From a virus (lineage: Duplodnaviria > Caudoviricetes): 56,081 nucleotides of DNA. The notes under the pieces are model-generated. The model did no database searches. It saw nothing but the letters and a program-made list of their open reading frames with translations, and was not told the origin of the DNA. A program made the translations under genes and the position numbers. The DNA lies in the IMG/VR virus record IMGVR_UViG_3300007760_000615, positions 1 to 56,081 of that record; one strand, written 5' to 3'. Of the stretch, positions 19,006-29,032 are shown piece after piece (position 1 is the first letter of the stretch; the number at the start of each line of letters is the position of its first letter).

Positions 19006-20082
19006 ATGCAACGTAATTTTTTCCTAACTGATCTAATGAAAACTGGTAATCATCAGTCTTATGAACGGTTTTTAGATGCACACTCTTTACCAGATCAAAA
19101 GATAGATTATACAGGAGAGTACTACACTCTACACAATTATGATTTAGATTCATATAATAGACGGTTTGCTTTTATTGATAGAACTATTGCTAATAATAGA
19201 ATATGTGCTAATTCAGAATATCAAGTAGAGTTATTAAAAAGAGTTAAGCTATTGCATAGTCAAGGGTTTAAATTTATAATGGCGTCACCTTGGGAATCAC
19301 AAGAAAATATTAATGCTGGTAATATATATCCAAACGATATAGAAGGAGTAACGTCATTTAATTGGACAGGTGGCGTTAGTTGGTTCTGGTGGTATATGTA
19401 TGATAAGCATTTAAACAATAAGTTTAAATTTACTCATGATCACTTTGGTAGTTACTGGTATAAAAAACACGACTTCTTATATTTGAATAAAGAACCAAGA
19501 AAGCATAGAGTTAAACTTTACAATAAATTGTTGGAACAAGGTGTATTAGATAATAGTATATACACGTTTGTTGAAGGAGAACCAAAACGTAGATTGGAAA
19601 AGAAGTATGAGTTACCAGGTATAGATCCTAAAGACTATCCACGTTGGGGCAAGGATCAAGACATAACAGAAATGCCATATGTTGATACAGTCTGTTCAAT
19701 AGTTTCTGAAACTAACGATAATGATACAGACGTTTTTATGACTGAGAAAATATGGAAACCTATTATGGCTCAACACGTATTTGTAGTCCATGGTAATCAT
19801 TTGTATCTACAAAAATTAAGAGAGATAGGATTTAAAACATTTGGTTCTTATTTTGATGAATCGTATGATTTAGAAAACGATAAAGATAAAAAAATTGATA
19901 AGATTGTTTCGTTGTGTAAAGATTTAAGAACAAAAGATTGGCAAGATATATATCGTCAGACAATTGCATTAAGACAACATAATTATGATACACTTTTTAA
20001 TAAAGAAAAGTTAAGTGAGGAAGTTAATAAAACTTTAATTAGTTTTTTGGAATTTTTTGACAACAGCCAAGTTTCTTCTTGA
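19006..20082 (+). CDS. hypothetical protein with glycosyltransferase (GT10-like) C-terminal motif
   Basis: SIVSET..FMTEKIWKPI..LREIGFKTF. Confidence 0.55.
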   Translation: MQRNFFLTDLMKTGNHQSYERFLDAHSLPDQKIDYTGEYYTLHNYDLDSYNRRFAFIDRTIANNRICANSEYQVELLKRVKLLHSQGFKFIMASPWESQENINAGNIYPNDIEGVTSFNWTGGVSWFWWYMYDKHLNNKFKFTHDHFGSYWYKKHDFLYLNKEPRKHRVKLYNKLLEQGVLDNSIYTFVEGEPKRRLEKKYELPGIDPKDYPRWGKDQDITEMPYVDTVCSIVSETNDNDTDVFMTEKIWKPIMAQHVFVVHGNHLYLQKLREIGFKTFGSYFDESYDLENDKDKKIDKIVSLCKDLRTKDWQDIYRQTIALRQHNYDTLFNKEKLSEEVNKTLISFLEFFDNSQVSS

Positions 20083-21255
20083 GAACCCTAATCTATCTAC
20101 AAGTTTAACAGCATTACCAGTTTTATCAACAGCAACAAATCCTTCTGGATCAGTTACTTCTAGTCCATTGTTAGTTTGTGCAAAAGAGCCAATAGCCATT
20201 GCTTGGTTCATTTTTTTAAGTACAAAGCCTTTTAATAGTTGTACTGACTTATAAAATGTTAGCATCGCTTGTAAAGGTTTTTTAATTCTAGCCATGAATA
20301 CTGGCATTTGTTTCATTTTATCTTGTCTTAATTGTAATGCCTTTTGTGCTTTTAATCCTGCAATTTGTTGTTGCATTCTTTCTGCATAAAACTTTTTAAA
20401 ACCTTGTAAAAATTGATTTATATTGTTTGGTAGTTGTCCTTGTTTAACCATTGCATTAATATATAATTGGAAGTAACCCACAAAGTCATTGTTTTGTCCT
20501 AACAAGTCTGAAAGATTACGTGGTACATTATTAAGTAGTCCTTCTAACTTTTCAATACCACTCATAAATTTTTGTGTCTCTTCTGCTGTAAATTTAGCAG
20601 AGCCTGACACATCTTTGTATGTTGCATTGTCAAAAAATACATCGGGTAATTTTGAAAATGATTCAGTGTCTGCTCCTGCGGATGCTGTCATATCAGCAAG
20701 TACTTCACCATTGTATGTTGTATGAAATATAATTCCTACTTTAGCAGTATCTATTTGTCTACCAATATCAGAATCTTCTGGTACTGCGTATGTAATGGTG
20801 TTAGGTTTAAATGTTAAATGTGGAACATTATTAAAGTTTTTTCTTACAATGTCATTGTCAGTAAACAGTAGGTCTCCTTGTACTACTCCTTGTATGTTTA
20901 ATTTTTTTAAGTGTACAAGACATTTTAATAGTTTTTGTCCTAAATCTTCTGTTCCATGATTGTTTGCTATATCTTTTTTAGTGTAGTTTACTTTGGCATT
21001 TTGAGCAAATACTGATTTAGTACCTACAAAGAATTTTCCAGTTTCAGGATGAGTACCACATACAACGGCAGGTGCTCCATCCCATTTAACTGAAACAGAC
21101 ATAGCTTCAGACGACGTGCCTTGAAGTGTTACTAATAATCCACGGAAGTAATCTATTACAGCTTTGCCTCCATTGTAGCCATCTGTAATAATAATATCTT
21201 CTATATGTTCTAGGTGGGTCCTTTTAAATTCTAATAGGACATCTTCTATCAACAT
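20035..21255 (-). CDS. conserved large-phage protein (DUF6267-like)
   Basis: HLEHIED, VKWDGAPAVVCG, FFVGTKSVF, QGDLLF, PEGFV, KLVDRLGFS. Confidence 0.7.
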   Translation of the reverse strand: MLIEDVLLEFKRTHLEHIEDIIITDGYNGGKAVIDYFRGLLVTLQGTSSEAMSVSVKWDGAPAVVCGTHPETGKFFVGTKSVFAQNAKVNYTKKDIANNHGTEDLGQKLLKCLVHLKKLNIQGVVQGDLLFTDNDIVRKNFNNVPHLTFKPNTITYAVPEDSDIGRQIDTAKVGIIFHTTYNGEVLADMTASAGADTESFSKLPDVFFDNATYKDVSGSAKFTAEETQKFMSGIEKLEGLLNNVPRNLSDLLGQNNDFVGYFQLYINAMVKQGQLPNNINQFLQGFKKFYAERMQQQIAGLKAQKALQLRQDKMKQMPVFMARIKKPLQAMLTFYKSVQLLKGFVLKKMNQAMAIGSFAQTNNGLEVTDPEGFVAVDKTGNAVKLVDRLGFSRRNLAVVKKFQKTN

Positions 21256-21257
21256 GG

Positions 21258-21557
21258 TTAGTCCTCTTTGTATTCACCATCTTTAATTTTTAGAACATTA
21301 TCTTTAATGTCTCTATTTTCTTTAATGCGAGCAACACCTTTTGAAAATTTGTTACTATCCATATTTTTAATAGATGAATGAAATCGTTTTTCTAGTTTAT
21401 ATGCAGTCTCGGGATCAAAGTTTTCTCTAATGAAGGATATAAGTCTTATAGCAGATTCAATAATGTGAGATGCTCTGCTTTCTACTACATTTTCCTTGTC
21501 TTTTGACAAGGGCATATTAGTTAATTCTTCCAGTAAACTTCTAGTTTCATTCTGCAT
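21258..21557 (-). CDS. hypothetical protein
   Basis: 99-aa ORF with TAAATA upstream. Confidence 0.7.
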   Translation of the reverse strand: MQNETRSLLEELTNMPLSKDKENVVESRASHIIESAIRLISFIRENFDPETAYKLEKRFHSSIKNMDSNKFSKGVARIKENRDIKDNVLKIKDGEYKED

Positions 21558-21616
21558 ATATGGTATTTAAGTAATATTATAGCAGAATTATATTAAAAGT
21601 CTATTGGAAATACTGT

Positions 21617-21817
21617 TTATTTGTCTCTTCCCCACTTAATTTTATCCCAAACACGTTCATGAACGTAGTACATTAAAGTCATAAACAAGTATGCTCCTGT
21701 TAGTATTCCTGTTTCAGCCCAATTACCTGTCACTGCGTAACTAACCGTTGGCCATACTATTAACCCAATTAATCTCCATGAAACGACTTTAGCTAGTGAT
21801 CTCTTTTTTTCATCCAT
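21617..21817 (-). CDS. DUF2061-family small membrane protein
   Basis: RSLAKVVSWRLIG..YYVHERVWDKIKWGR. Confidence 0.85.
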   Translation of the reverse strand: MDEKKRSLAKVVSWRLIGLIVWPTVSYAVTGNWAETGILTGAYLFMTLMYYVHERVWDKIKWGRDK

Positions 21818-22676
21818 TATGAATGTCTAAAGTATGCTTGGAATCTTTATTAGTTCCTTCAATAAATTTCCAAGTTTTGTCTGTTGTTCTACCTGTGTAC
21901 TGCAAAATATATCTTGTGTCCCAACCCATATTTGCTGTACCGTGTGGAAAGTCTTGCCAATGCCAACTAATAATATCTCCTGCTTTCCAATGTGTATGTG
22001 TTGCTGTACCTTGATGCCATATTTGTCCCATACTCCAATCGTTTAAGAATACTACAAACCTATGTACTTTTTTTGGATCAACATCGTAATCAAGCTCGTC
22101 AAACGTATTTTGTCTGTCTAGCCTTGCCGCAAAGTTGTCCATGTGCATATGTAATAATTGACCACATACCTGAGAGTGTAATTTTAATTCGTAATCATAG
22201 AGCCCTAGAAGTCCTTCAGCAAGTGCAATCGCTTTTGGATCAGTAAACATATTCGCTCTACCATATATTTTACTTTCTGGATCACCACCTGATCTAACTA
22301 TATCATATACTTCTTGATCTATTGCATAGTTTCCGCCAACACTTTTGTTTCGTGTTGCCCAATGCACTGCGTTGTCTAATGCGGCGTCACCGTATGTTTT
22401 GATAAAGTAATCACAATCCATATCAATGTTACCGTGGAACATTAACACATCTTCAATATTATCTTTTTTGCTCCAGTCAAAATGATATGCACCTCTTTCT
22501 AATGCTCTTTTCTTTTCATAGTCCCAACGACTTTTTCCGTACTCTAGTTTCTTACCTGTTTTGAGTGCATTAACTTCTGTGTGTGCTTTTAAGTTTTTAA
22601 TTGTTTGATCTGAATCTTGTAAATCGTCATCAATTTTTTTTAATATTTTTTCTGAATAATCTTTGCTGTGTTCCAT
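21810..22676 (-). CDS. 2OG-Fe(II) dioxygenase-fold protein
   Basis: HMHMD..RFVVFL..WKAGD..PHGTAN..R. Confidence 0.7.
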   Translation of the reverse strand: MEHSKDYSEKILKKIDDDLQDSDQTIKNLKAHTEVNALKTGKKLEYGKSRWDYEKKRALERGAYHFDWSKKDNIEDVLMFHGNIDMDCDYFIKTYGDAALDNAVHWATRNKSVGGNYAIDQEVYDIVRSGGDPESKIYGRANMFTDPKAIALAEGLLGLYDYELKLHSQVCGQLLHMHMDNFAARLDRQNTFDELDYDVDPKKVHRFVVFLNDWSMGQIWHQGTATHTHWKAGDIISWHWQDFPHGTANMGWDTRYILQYTGRTTDKTWKFIEGTNKDSKHTLDIHNG

Positions 22677-22693
22677 ACTGATATTTAAGTCAT

Positions 22694-22723
22694 AAAAAAA
22701 GGGCGATAAAATTACCGCCCTTT
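22694..22723 (-). terminator. intrinsic terminator after the ferritin-like gene
   Basis: AAAGGGCG..CGCCCTTTTTTT on the minus strand. Confidence 0.85.
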
Positions 22724-22746
22724 AGTCTTAAGAATTTAAATTCTTA

Positions 22747-23439
22747 TTATGCGTATGTTTCCATTAACTGAACAGATTCTTTTACTGTTCCAGTTTTTGA
22801 AGATGTTATTGCAAATAAGTCTTTTCTGAAGTTGTTGATAACTGAATTGATTTCATCTTGAGCTTCTTGTGTATTACAAAGTTTCTCAAGTTCCATTCTT
22901 CCAATAGAAGCGTGGAATTTTTCATCTTTAGCAATTTTGGCATATCTAGAAGATATAAATTTATCTTCAATTGTTTCTGCCATCATAGCCCAGTTTCTAG
23001 CCGCTCTGCCTTCTGCAAGTAATTGATACAATGCTAACATCAAAGGATTGCTGTTGCAGTTGTATTTCTTGATTAGTGCCGCGCCTTTTTGTTCTAGTCT
23101 ATCTTGGTGGCTTTCTACTGCTTTTTGCATATCCAGTTTATTGCCAGTTAGATATTCTACAACTTCTCTAACGAATTGAAAGTGCTTCGCTTCGTCGTGT
23201 GCTTGTTTTGAAAGTAAAACAAGTTTTTCAGGATCAGTACCAGCTGGTAGAGCCGATATTTCTCTTGAAATTTCTTCCATGTTCATTCTTTCATTAACCA
23301 TACGACCAGTAAAGTTGTCAACCAACTCGTCCTTGTCTGTTACGTTTTCGTAATAGTGCTTGATCTGTAACTCAGATGCTCTGAAAAGAGCTTCATTGTC
23401 TTGCTCAAGTTTCTTTACGAATTGTTTTCCTGATAACAT
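22747..23439 (-). CDS. ferritin-like diiron-carboxylate protein
   Basis: Two ExxH motifs (DEAKH, DEKFH), each preceded by a Glu helix (VNERM, LAEGR); AAAGGAG RBS. Confidence 0.75.
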   Translation of the reverse strand: MLSGKQFVKKLEQDNEALFRASELQIKHYYENVTDKDELVDNFTGRMVNERMNMEEISREISALPAGTDPEKLVLLSKQAHDEAKHFQFVREVVEYLTGNKLDMQKAVESHQDRLEQKGAALIKKYNCNSNPLMLALYQLLAEGRAARNWAMMAETIEDKFISSRYAKIAKDEKFHASIGRMELEKLCNTQEAQDEINSVINNFRKDLFAITSSKTGTVKESVQLMETYA

Positions 23440-23532
23440 ATGTTTCTCCTTTTACGTATTTTTGCGTTTAAACGTAACAGTATTTACCAAATACCATGAT
23501 GCAGTGAACGATATTCGGTATATATTAACAAA

Positions 23533-24078
23533 ATGAACATTATTATTAGCCAAATAGAGTATATTAAACCACCCAGACTATTTGTTTTTGATGCGTTAGA
23601 ACGTGCTTATTACACATTATTATCTAAACATAACTTAATACCTGTTCCTAATTCCAATATAGTACCAGATAATGATTATGATTGTTTAGTATTGACAGGT
23701 GGTCCGGATAGTATTGCAAGAAATAAAACAGAGAACTTATTGTATGAAGATGCATTTAAAAAAGGCAAACCTATTGTTGGTATATGCCATGGTGCTTTTG
23801 TTATTAATGATATTTGTGGAGGAGTAAACGGATATATTGATAATCATGTAGACAAAGAACATACAATTAAAATGTACGATAAAGAATATAATGTAAGATG
23901 TTATCATACACAACGTATAGAAAAATTGCCTAAAGATTTTATTGCAATAGCATATGACTTAGAAGGTAACCCAGAAGCATTTAAACATAATACACTTCCA
24001 ATTTATGGAATGGTTTGGCATCCAGAAAGAATGGATGAACCAGTTCTACCTCCAGAAGTTAAAAAATTACTTGATTAG
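23533..24078 (+). CDS. class I glutamine amidotransferase / peptidase C26
   Basis: LVLTGGPD, GICHG, WHPER triad. Confidence 0.88.
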   Translation: MNIIISQIEYIKPPRLFVFDALERAYYTLLSKHNLIPVPNSNIVPDNDYDCLVLTGGPDSIARNKTENLLYEDAFKKGKPIVGICHGAFVINDICGGVNGYIDNHVDKEHTIKMYDKEYNVRCYHTQRIEKLPKDFIAIAYDLEGNPEAFKHNTLPIYGMVWHPERMDEPVLPPEVKKLLD

Positions 24079-24639
24079 TTTTCTACGATAAAGCCAAACG
24101 TATCTATGTGGCCATAGTCTTTCTGGAAGTGTGCCACCATCAGGACCTGTTGTATTATATTCTAGTTCACACCACTCAACATCAAAGTCCATTAGTCTAG
24201 CAAATTCATGCACTTGTTTTAGTCCCCACTGGAACCATTGTAATCCTCTATCACTTTTGTATCCGCCTGGTGCACCTCGCATATAAAGTCTACCACCCGG
24301 CTTTAACCAAGACTTTATTTTGATTAGCATACTGGCTATGTCATCATGATTGCCCCAATTAATAGAACCTAATGCTAGTATTACATCAGCACATTCAGGT
24401 TTAAAGGGTGCATCAAAATGTCCACAAACTATATCTGCTTCTTTGAATACAGGATCGTAGCCTACAAGATTATTGATCTTGCCTTTGAAAAAGTTTAAGG
24501 CACAACCGGCATCTATTACTAATTTTGGTTTAAGTTTATTAATTTCTTTTACTAAATTGTCTCCTGAGTATTTGAACAAATGTATGTTTGATTGCCATAT
24601 GTTTCTATAGAAATAGTCTTGTGCTTTTTGGTCTATCAT
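24067..24639 (-). CDS. class I SAM-dependent methyltransferase
   Basis: VIDAGC, LKPGGRLY. Confidence 0.8.
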   Translation of the reverse strand: MIDQKAQDYFYRNIWQSNIHLFKYSGDNLVKEINKLKPKLVIDAGCALNFFKGKINNLVGYDPVFKEADIVCGHFDAPFKPECADVILALGSINWGNHDDIASMLIKIKSWLKPGGRLYMRGAPGGYKSDRGLQWFQWGLKQVHEFARLMDFDVEWCELEYNTTGPDGGTLPERLWPHRYVWLYRRKLIK

Positions 24640-24640
24640 A

Positions 24641-25168
24641 TTAATTTTTAATCCACTCTGCGTAAAGTCTATTAGTAGCGTCGTCTTGTATATCGTTTAA
24701 TGTAAAATTATATTTTTTGCAATAATAAGCATTTTTTTCAGGAGACCATAAAAAGAATCTAACCTTTTTAGAATCATCATGGAATGGATGATCATTTCCA
24801 AATGTATTTTGTCTCCAATATACCCTATCACCTGTTTTTGTAATGTCTGCTAGTTTCTGAAGTTGTGTTTCTATTTCTTTTTGATCACCAAAGTTTAATG
24901 AACCTAATATAAAATATACATTAGAGTTTCTTTGAGGTGTATAGTTTTCTAATGATACCATCTCGTCTGCTTTATCATTTGCAGGATCAATTCCCCAAAG
25001 TCTATCACCTAGCTTTTCTTTAAAGAGATTATAGCCACAACCTATATCTAGTATAGTATCGTCTTCTTTAATTTTATCTAGTAATGCCCAACCTGAGTAT
25101 TTGAATTTAGAATAGTTAGGTTTCCAATGATGTTTAAAATAATCTGTTTCTAGTTCGTTCATATGCAA
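24641..25168 (-). CDS. class I SAM-dependent methyltransferase, paralog of the adjacent gene
   Basis: ILDIGCG; shares DYF..W..FKYSG and LGSxNxG with its neighbour. Confidence 0.8.
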   Translation of the reverse strand: MHMNELETDYFKHHWKPNYSKFKYSGWALLDKIKEDDTILDIGCGYNLFKEKLGDRLWGIDPANDKADEMVSLENYTPQRNSNVYFILGSLNFGDQKEIETQLQKLADITKTGDRVYWRQNTFGNDHPFHDDSKKVRFFLWSPEKNAYYCKKYNFTLNDIQDDATNRLYAEWIKN

Positions 25169-25174
25169 TAGTTA

Positions 25175-26611
25175 TTAGGCGTAGTCTATGCCTCTATTTT
25201 TTTGTGTGATACTTCTATATACTAAGAACAACACACCTGCTAACAATACAAGGAACAAAGGCCTTACCATCATTTCTTGAATTGTGTACATGGTGTTTAA
25301 TTGTTGTCCTAGGTTTTGCCATTTGTCTATAATGATATAAGTTAAAAGTATTGCTGGTCTGCTTATTTTAAATTTGAAACAGAATAAACCTAACATACTA
25401 CAACAAGCCAAAGTAACATAGTCCATATATAAACCTGTGTATGATTGACAAGTGTATATTATAATAGCAAAAATTATTCCAGCATATATCCAATAAGGTA
25501 TTTCTAATATTTTAACAAGTAGTTTAGAAGTAAAGATACAAATTATAAAAGTTAATATTGTCGCACCAACAAAACCATAACCTAGTAATGATAAAAACTT
25601 TTTGTCTTCAAGCATAAAAGGATTACCTACATCTAATCCAAATGTAATACACATAGCCATAAAGATTGCGGCAAATGGAGATGCTGGTATTCCAAATAGT
25701 ACAGTAGGAATTAAACTGCCAGCCTTTTGTGCGTTGTTGGCTCCTTCACAACCTGCAAGTCCTTTTGGATTACCTACTCCAAACTTATCATTAGGGTGTG
25801 CTTTTACTGTGGCACCATAGGCTAACATATCTCCTACAGGTCCTACACCTGGAAGTAAACCTGCAATAAATCCTATCCATCCACCTCTAAAAGAATCTCT
25901 CCATAATCTTAGTGTAGTTTTAAATCCATCAAATAGTTGTGCAAAATAATTGTTAATAGGTGCTGGGCGATTCTGTCCCCATTTGAATCCTGATATTAAT
26001 TCAGGAATACCAAATAGTCCAGCAATCATCATTATAATTGGAACACCGTCTTGCAAATATAGTGTGCCAAATGTTAATCTAGGTCCTCCAGTTTGTGGGT
26101 CTATTCCTATCAGTCCTATAAATGCACCTATGCCGACTGCACAAACACTTAACCAAAAGTTTTTTGAAATTATAAATGCCACACAGGCAATTGATAATGT
26201 CATGAACATAAACAGTTCAGGTACACCAAACTTGTATATTATAGGAGCATAAAAAGGTAACAAAGCAAATGCAAGTATGCCAAAGAAGACTCCATTGAAA
26301 GTACTGTCTGCCATTGCAATTCCTATGGCCCGTCCAGCTTCACCATTCTTACTCATCTTGTATCCGTCTATGATAGATGCCGCAGTCGTTGAAGCACCTG
26401 GTATACCTGTGAGTAGAGATGTATAAGAGTCTGCGGTACTAGATGCCGCGATAACACTTATTAAAAATATTAAACCGTAATAGGGATTTGGATCAAAGTA
26501 TCCTGCAAATGAGAATACAAGGAGCATTGCCGTTCCGGCGCCTGCCATTGGTATAACACCTAATAGTATTCCGTATAGTGTTCCAATGAGGCACCAGAGT
26601 GCATAGTCCAT
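25175..26611 (-). CDS. tctA: tripartite tricarboxylate transporter permease TctA
   Basis: GILLGVIP, LLTGIPG..DGY, GLFGIPE, GLLPGVG, EGANNA..LIPTVLFGIP; polytopic. Confidence 0.88.
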   Translation of the reverse strand: MDYALWCLIGTLYGILLGVIPMAGAGTAMLLVFSFAGYFDPNPYYGLIFLISVIAASSTADSYTSLLTGIPGASTTAASIIDGYKMSKNGEAGRAIGIAMADSTFNGVFFGILAFALLPFYAPIIYKFGVPELFMFMTLSIACVAFIISKNFWLSVCAVGIGAFIGLIGIDPQTGGPRLTFGTLYLQDGVPIIMMIAGLFGIPELISGFKWGQNRPAPINNYFAQLFDGFKTTLRLWRDSFRGGWIGFIAGLLPGVGPVGDMLAYGATVKAHPNDKFGVGNPKGLAGCEGANNAQKAGSLIPTVLFGIPASPFAAIFMAMCITFGLDVGNPFMLEDKKFLSLLGYGFVGATILTFIICIFTSKLLVKILEIPYWIYAGIIFAIIIYTCQSYTGLYMDYVTLACCSMLGLFCFKFKISRPAILLTYIIIDKWQNLGQQLNTMYTIQEMMVRPLFLVLLAGVLFLVYRSITQKNRGIDYA

Positions 26612-26612
26612 T

Positions 26613-27671
26613 TTATTTCAATAGGTGTGGTTTGAATTCAGCTTTCCAACCAAATATGTTGTTAAACCACCAAACAAGATCCTTAAGTTTCTTTTCTGTA
26701 TAAAGGGATCGTTGATACTTAACAATCTCATCTGCTTCTTCACCAATTGCCCAGTTGTAATTTCCGCCTGATGCTTTGGCAATTATCGCTCTTGATTCTG
26801 GATCTGCTAACATTTTCTTTAATGCCGCAACAAGTTTATCTCTGTGAGGAGCATCTTTGTTTACCCATAAACCTTTTTGTAGAGAGTCGTTTTGGAATTG
26901 TACTAATTTGTATGCATCATACAATTCACCACTTGGCTTTTCACCCCAAGTTTTTTCAAACACAGTATCAAAGTCATATCCTTTTGCGTTAGGGTTTGTT
27001 ACAATTTGTTTCTTTTCAGGATCATAAACTCCTTGTGTAAACCAAATTTCACCATGCTCGAACTTACTAATTTTTTTAGTCCATGCAGTTGGATTACCTC
27101 TGAATACATTAAACTCGCCTCTGGCAAACATTAATGTTCCTTGTTTGTCATTTACTCCTTTAACGTATGTCATATCTTCATCAACACATTTTTTGTATGA
27201 TTCAATTTTGCCGTCAAGGTTTCCACAGTACATCAGTACCATTCCTGTAACGTCACCAGCCGCGTGATCGTTTCCGAATACCATACCACCATCTCTTGGA
27301 TTCCAATCTTTTCTTTTACCTACAAATATGTCAAGTAATTGTACTCCAATTGCGTCCCAATTCATGTAGTCGTATTCGACACCAGTTTTAACTAGTGTGT
27401 TTACAGAAGTCGTACCACCTGTAACTGTGATTGCTTTTTCTTTAAACCTATTATCTTTGTTCCATTTGTTCATACCAATTAAGTGTCTTGCACCTGGGAT
27501 ATGTACTGAAACAATAGGTTCATCGACGTGCTTCTTTAGTTCCTTGATTACTACCTGTGCCCATTGATCTAACCCTGACCCTGGTTTAGTAGGAAGGTAG
27601 ATAGTATAATCAGCCATAGCTGATACAGATGTAAACAAAAATAGAAATGTCGCTAATATTAATTTTTTCAT
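26613..27671 (-). CDS. tctC: divergent TctC/Bug-family periplasmic substrate-binding protein
   Basis: Signal peptide; PTKPGSGLD..IPGA matches the PxxxGGxxD..PGA Bug pattern; adjacent to tctA. Confidence 0.7.
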   Translation of the reverse strand: MKKLILATFLFLFTSVSAMADYTIYLPTKPGSGLDQWAQVVIKELKKHVDEPIVSVHIPGARHLIGMNKWNKDNRFKEKAITVTGGTTSVNTLVKTGVEYDYMNWDAIGVQLLDIFVGKRKDWNPRDGGMVFGNDHAAGDVTGMVLMYCGNLDGKIESYKKCVDEDMTYVKGVNDKQGTLMFARGEFNVFRGNPTAWTKKISKFEHGEIWFTQGVYDPEKKQIVTNPNAKGYDFDTVFEKTWGEKPSGELYDAYKLVQFQNDSLQKGLWVNKDAPHRDKLVAALKKMLADPESRAIIAKASGGNYNWAIGEEADEIVKYQRSLYTEKKLKDLVWWFNNIFGWKAEFKPHLLK

Positions 27672-27735
27672 TTATTTGTTCCTTTGTTTATTAGTTTTAT
27701 TAGCAATACTTAATTCTGCTAATAATTACTAGTAT

Positions 27736-28197
27736 ATGAAAATGAGTCGAAAAAAGCAACGGAAATATCCTACAAAATACATTCAATATAGAACCCATCA
27801 TGAGATCAATATAGATGATGATGAGGAACTGAGTTTAGTAGTAGGAATTTTGATATTCATAATAGGTGCTTGGTGGGGTTTAGTACATTTAGTTGATATG
27901 TTTTTCGATAAACTTACGTGGTGGCAAGAGCCATTAACTATTATTCCTGTGTTGCTTGTTGGTTTGCCATGGGCTATGATGGCAGAGTTATATGGTAAAA
28001 ACCCAGTGCATTGGTGGCCTGCTGTATGGGGATATAAAATTAGTATACCTGAACGAGAACCCTTCCATGCATACGATCCAAAGTTAGAAAAAGTACTAAA
28101 AAAGTTTGGTCCAACTAGAGTTTATTCTGTAAACTATACAACTTTAAAGTTTAGATGTAAAAAAGATGCTGTTATTTTTTCTCTTCAGAACTTCTAA
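27736..28197 (+). CDS. hypothetical membrane protein
   Basis: Two hydrophobic segments. Confidence 0.65.
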   Translation: MKMSRKKQRKYPTKYIQYRTHHEINIDDDEELSLVVGILIFIIGAWWGLVHLVDMFFDKLTWWQEPLTIIPVLLVGLPWAMMAELYGKNPVHWWPAVWGYKISIPEREPFHAYDPKLEKVLKKFGPTRVYSVNYTTLKFRCKKDAVIFSLQNF

Positions 28198-28381
28198 AAA
28201 CTGTGCCGTGTAGTGTTTCGTAGTTGCGTAACTTGTCTGATAGTTCTTTTACAATTTGTTGATAATCTGTTATTTGAAATTCTAAATTACCAATTTCAGC
28301 ACAAAGTTTTTTAATTTGTGCATCTTTGTCTTCTATTTGTCTTGTAAGATCTAATGGTCCTCTGTCGTCCATTTCAATCAT
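28172..28381 (-). CDS. small coiled-coil hypothetical protein
   Basis: TAATG coupling to the upstream small ORF. Confidence 0.65.
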   Translation of the reverse strand: MIEMDDRGPLDLTRQIEDKDAQIKKLCAEIGNLEFQITDYQQIVKELSDKLRNYETLHGTVFRSSEEKK

Positions 28382-28524
28382 TAGTGTCCTTGTCCTCTGT
28401 ATGGTTTAAACGATCGTTTTCTACTTTTGTTCATAGATGCCTTTTTAGCATTTTTTCTATTCCCTTGTGAAGTACGTTTTCTTGTACCTTCTCTGTGAAC
28501 GAATGCTGTTAGTCTTTGTACCAT
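28381..28524 (-). CDS. 47-aa very basic protein ending YRGQG (not in ORF track)
   Basis: MVQRLTAFVHREGTRKRTSQGNRKNAKKASMNKSRKRSFKPYRGQGH; resembles a small family I recall from marine T4-like phages. Confidence 0.7.
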   Translation of the reverse strand: MVQRLTAFVHREGTRKRTSQGNRKNAKKASMNKSRKRSFKPYRGQGH

Positions 28525-28573
28525 AATATAGTAGACATTTATTTTTGTCAATGTTAAACTATTAAATAGTTAT

Positions 28574-29032
28574 ATGATCAAGTATCAACTCACCTGTGAT
28601 TGTGATGCCAAATTTGAGGGCTGGTTCCCTAGTATAAAAGAGTTTGAATTACAACAAAAGAAAAAGCAATTACTATGTCCAATGTGTGATAGTGTAAATG
28701 TTAGAAGAGATATAATGTCTCCTAATGTTAAAAAGAAAAGTACAGAAGTTAAGTTAAAGACTGCTAGAGTGCGTGGTAAAAAAGCTATGATAGATATGGC
28801 AGGAGGACAAATGGTATTAGGTGGGCGAGCAAGAACATTAATCAAAAAGATAGAAACACACGTTAAAGAGAACTTTGAGAATGTTGGTAAAAACTTTGCC
28901 AGAGAGGCACGTAAGGCACAAGTAGGTGAGAGGAACGAAGAATTCTACGGTACTGCTACAAAGAAAGAAGCAAAAGAATTACTAGATGACGGCGTTGATT
29001 TATTTCATATTCCTAGTATTAAAGACAATTAA
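28574..29032 (+). CDS. DUF1178-family protein
   Basis: MIKYQLTC..FEGWF..CPMCDS..ENVGKNFAREARK..YGTAT..EAKELLDDGV. Confidence 0.88.
   Translation: MIKYQLTCDCDAKFEGWFPSIKEFELQQKKKQLLCPMCDSVNVRRDIMSPNVKKKSTEVKLKTARVRGKKAMIDMAGGQMVLGGRARTLIKKIETHVKENFENVGKNFAREARKAQVGERNEEFYGTATKKEAKELLDDGVDLFHIPSIKDN

Noticed and set aside
22747-23439. Specific call as aldehyde-deformylating oxygenase or MiaE
   Set aside because: Only generic diiron motifs are visible and there is no partner acyl-ACP reductase
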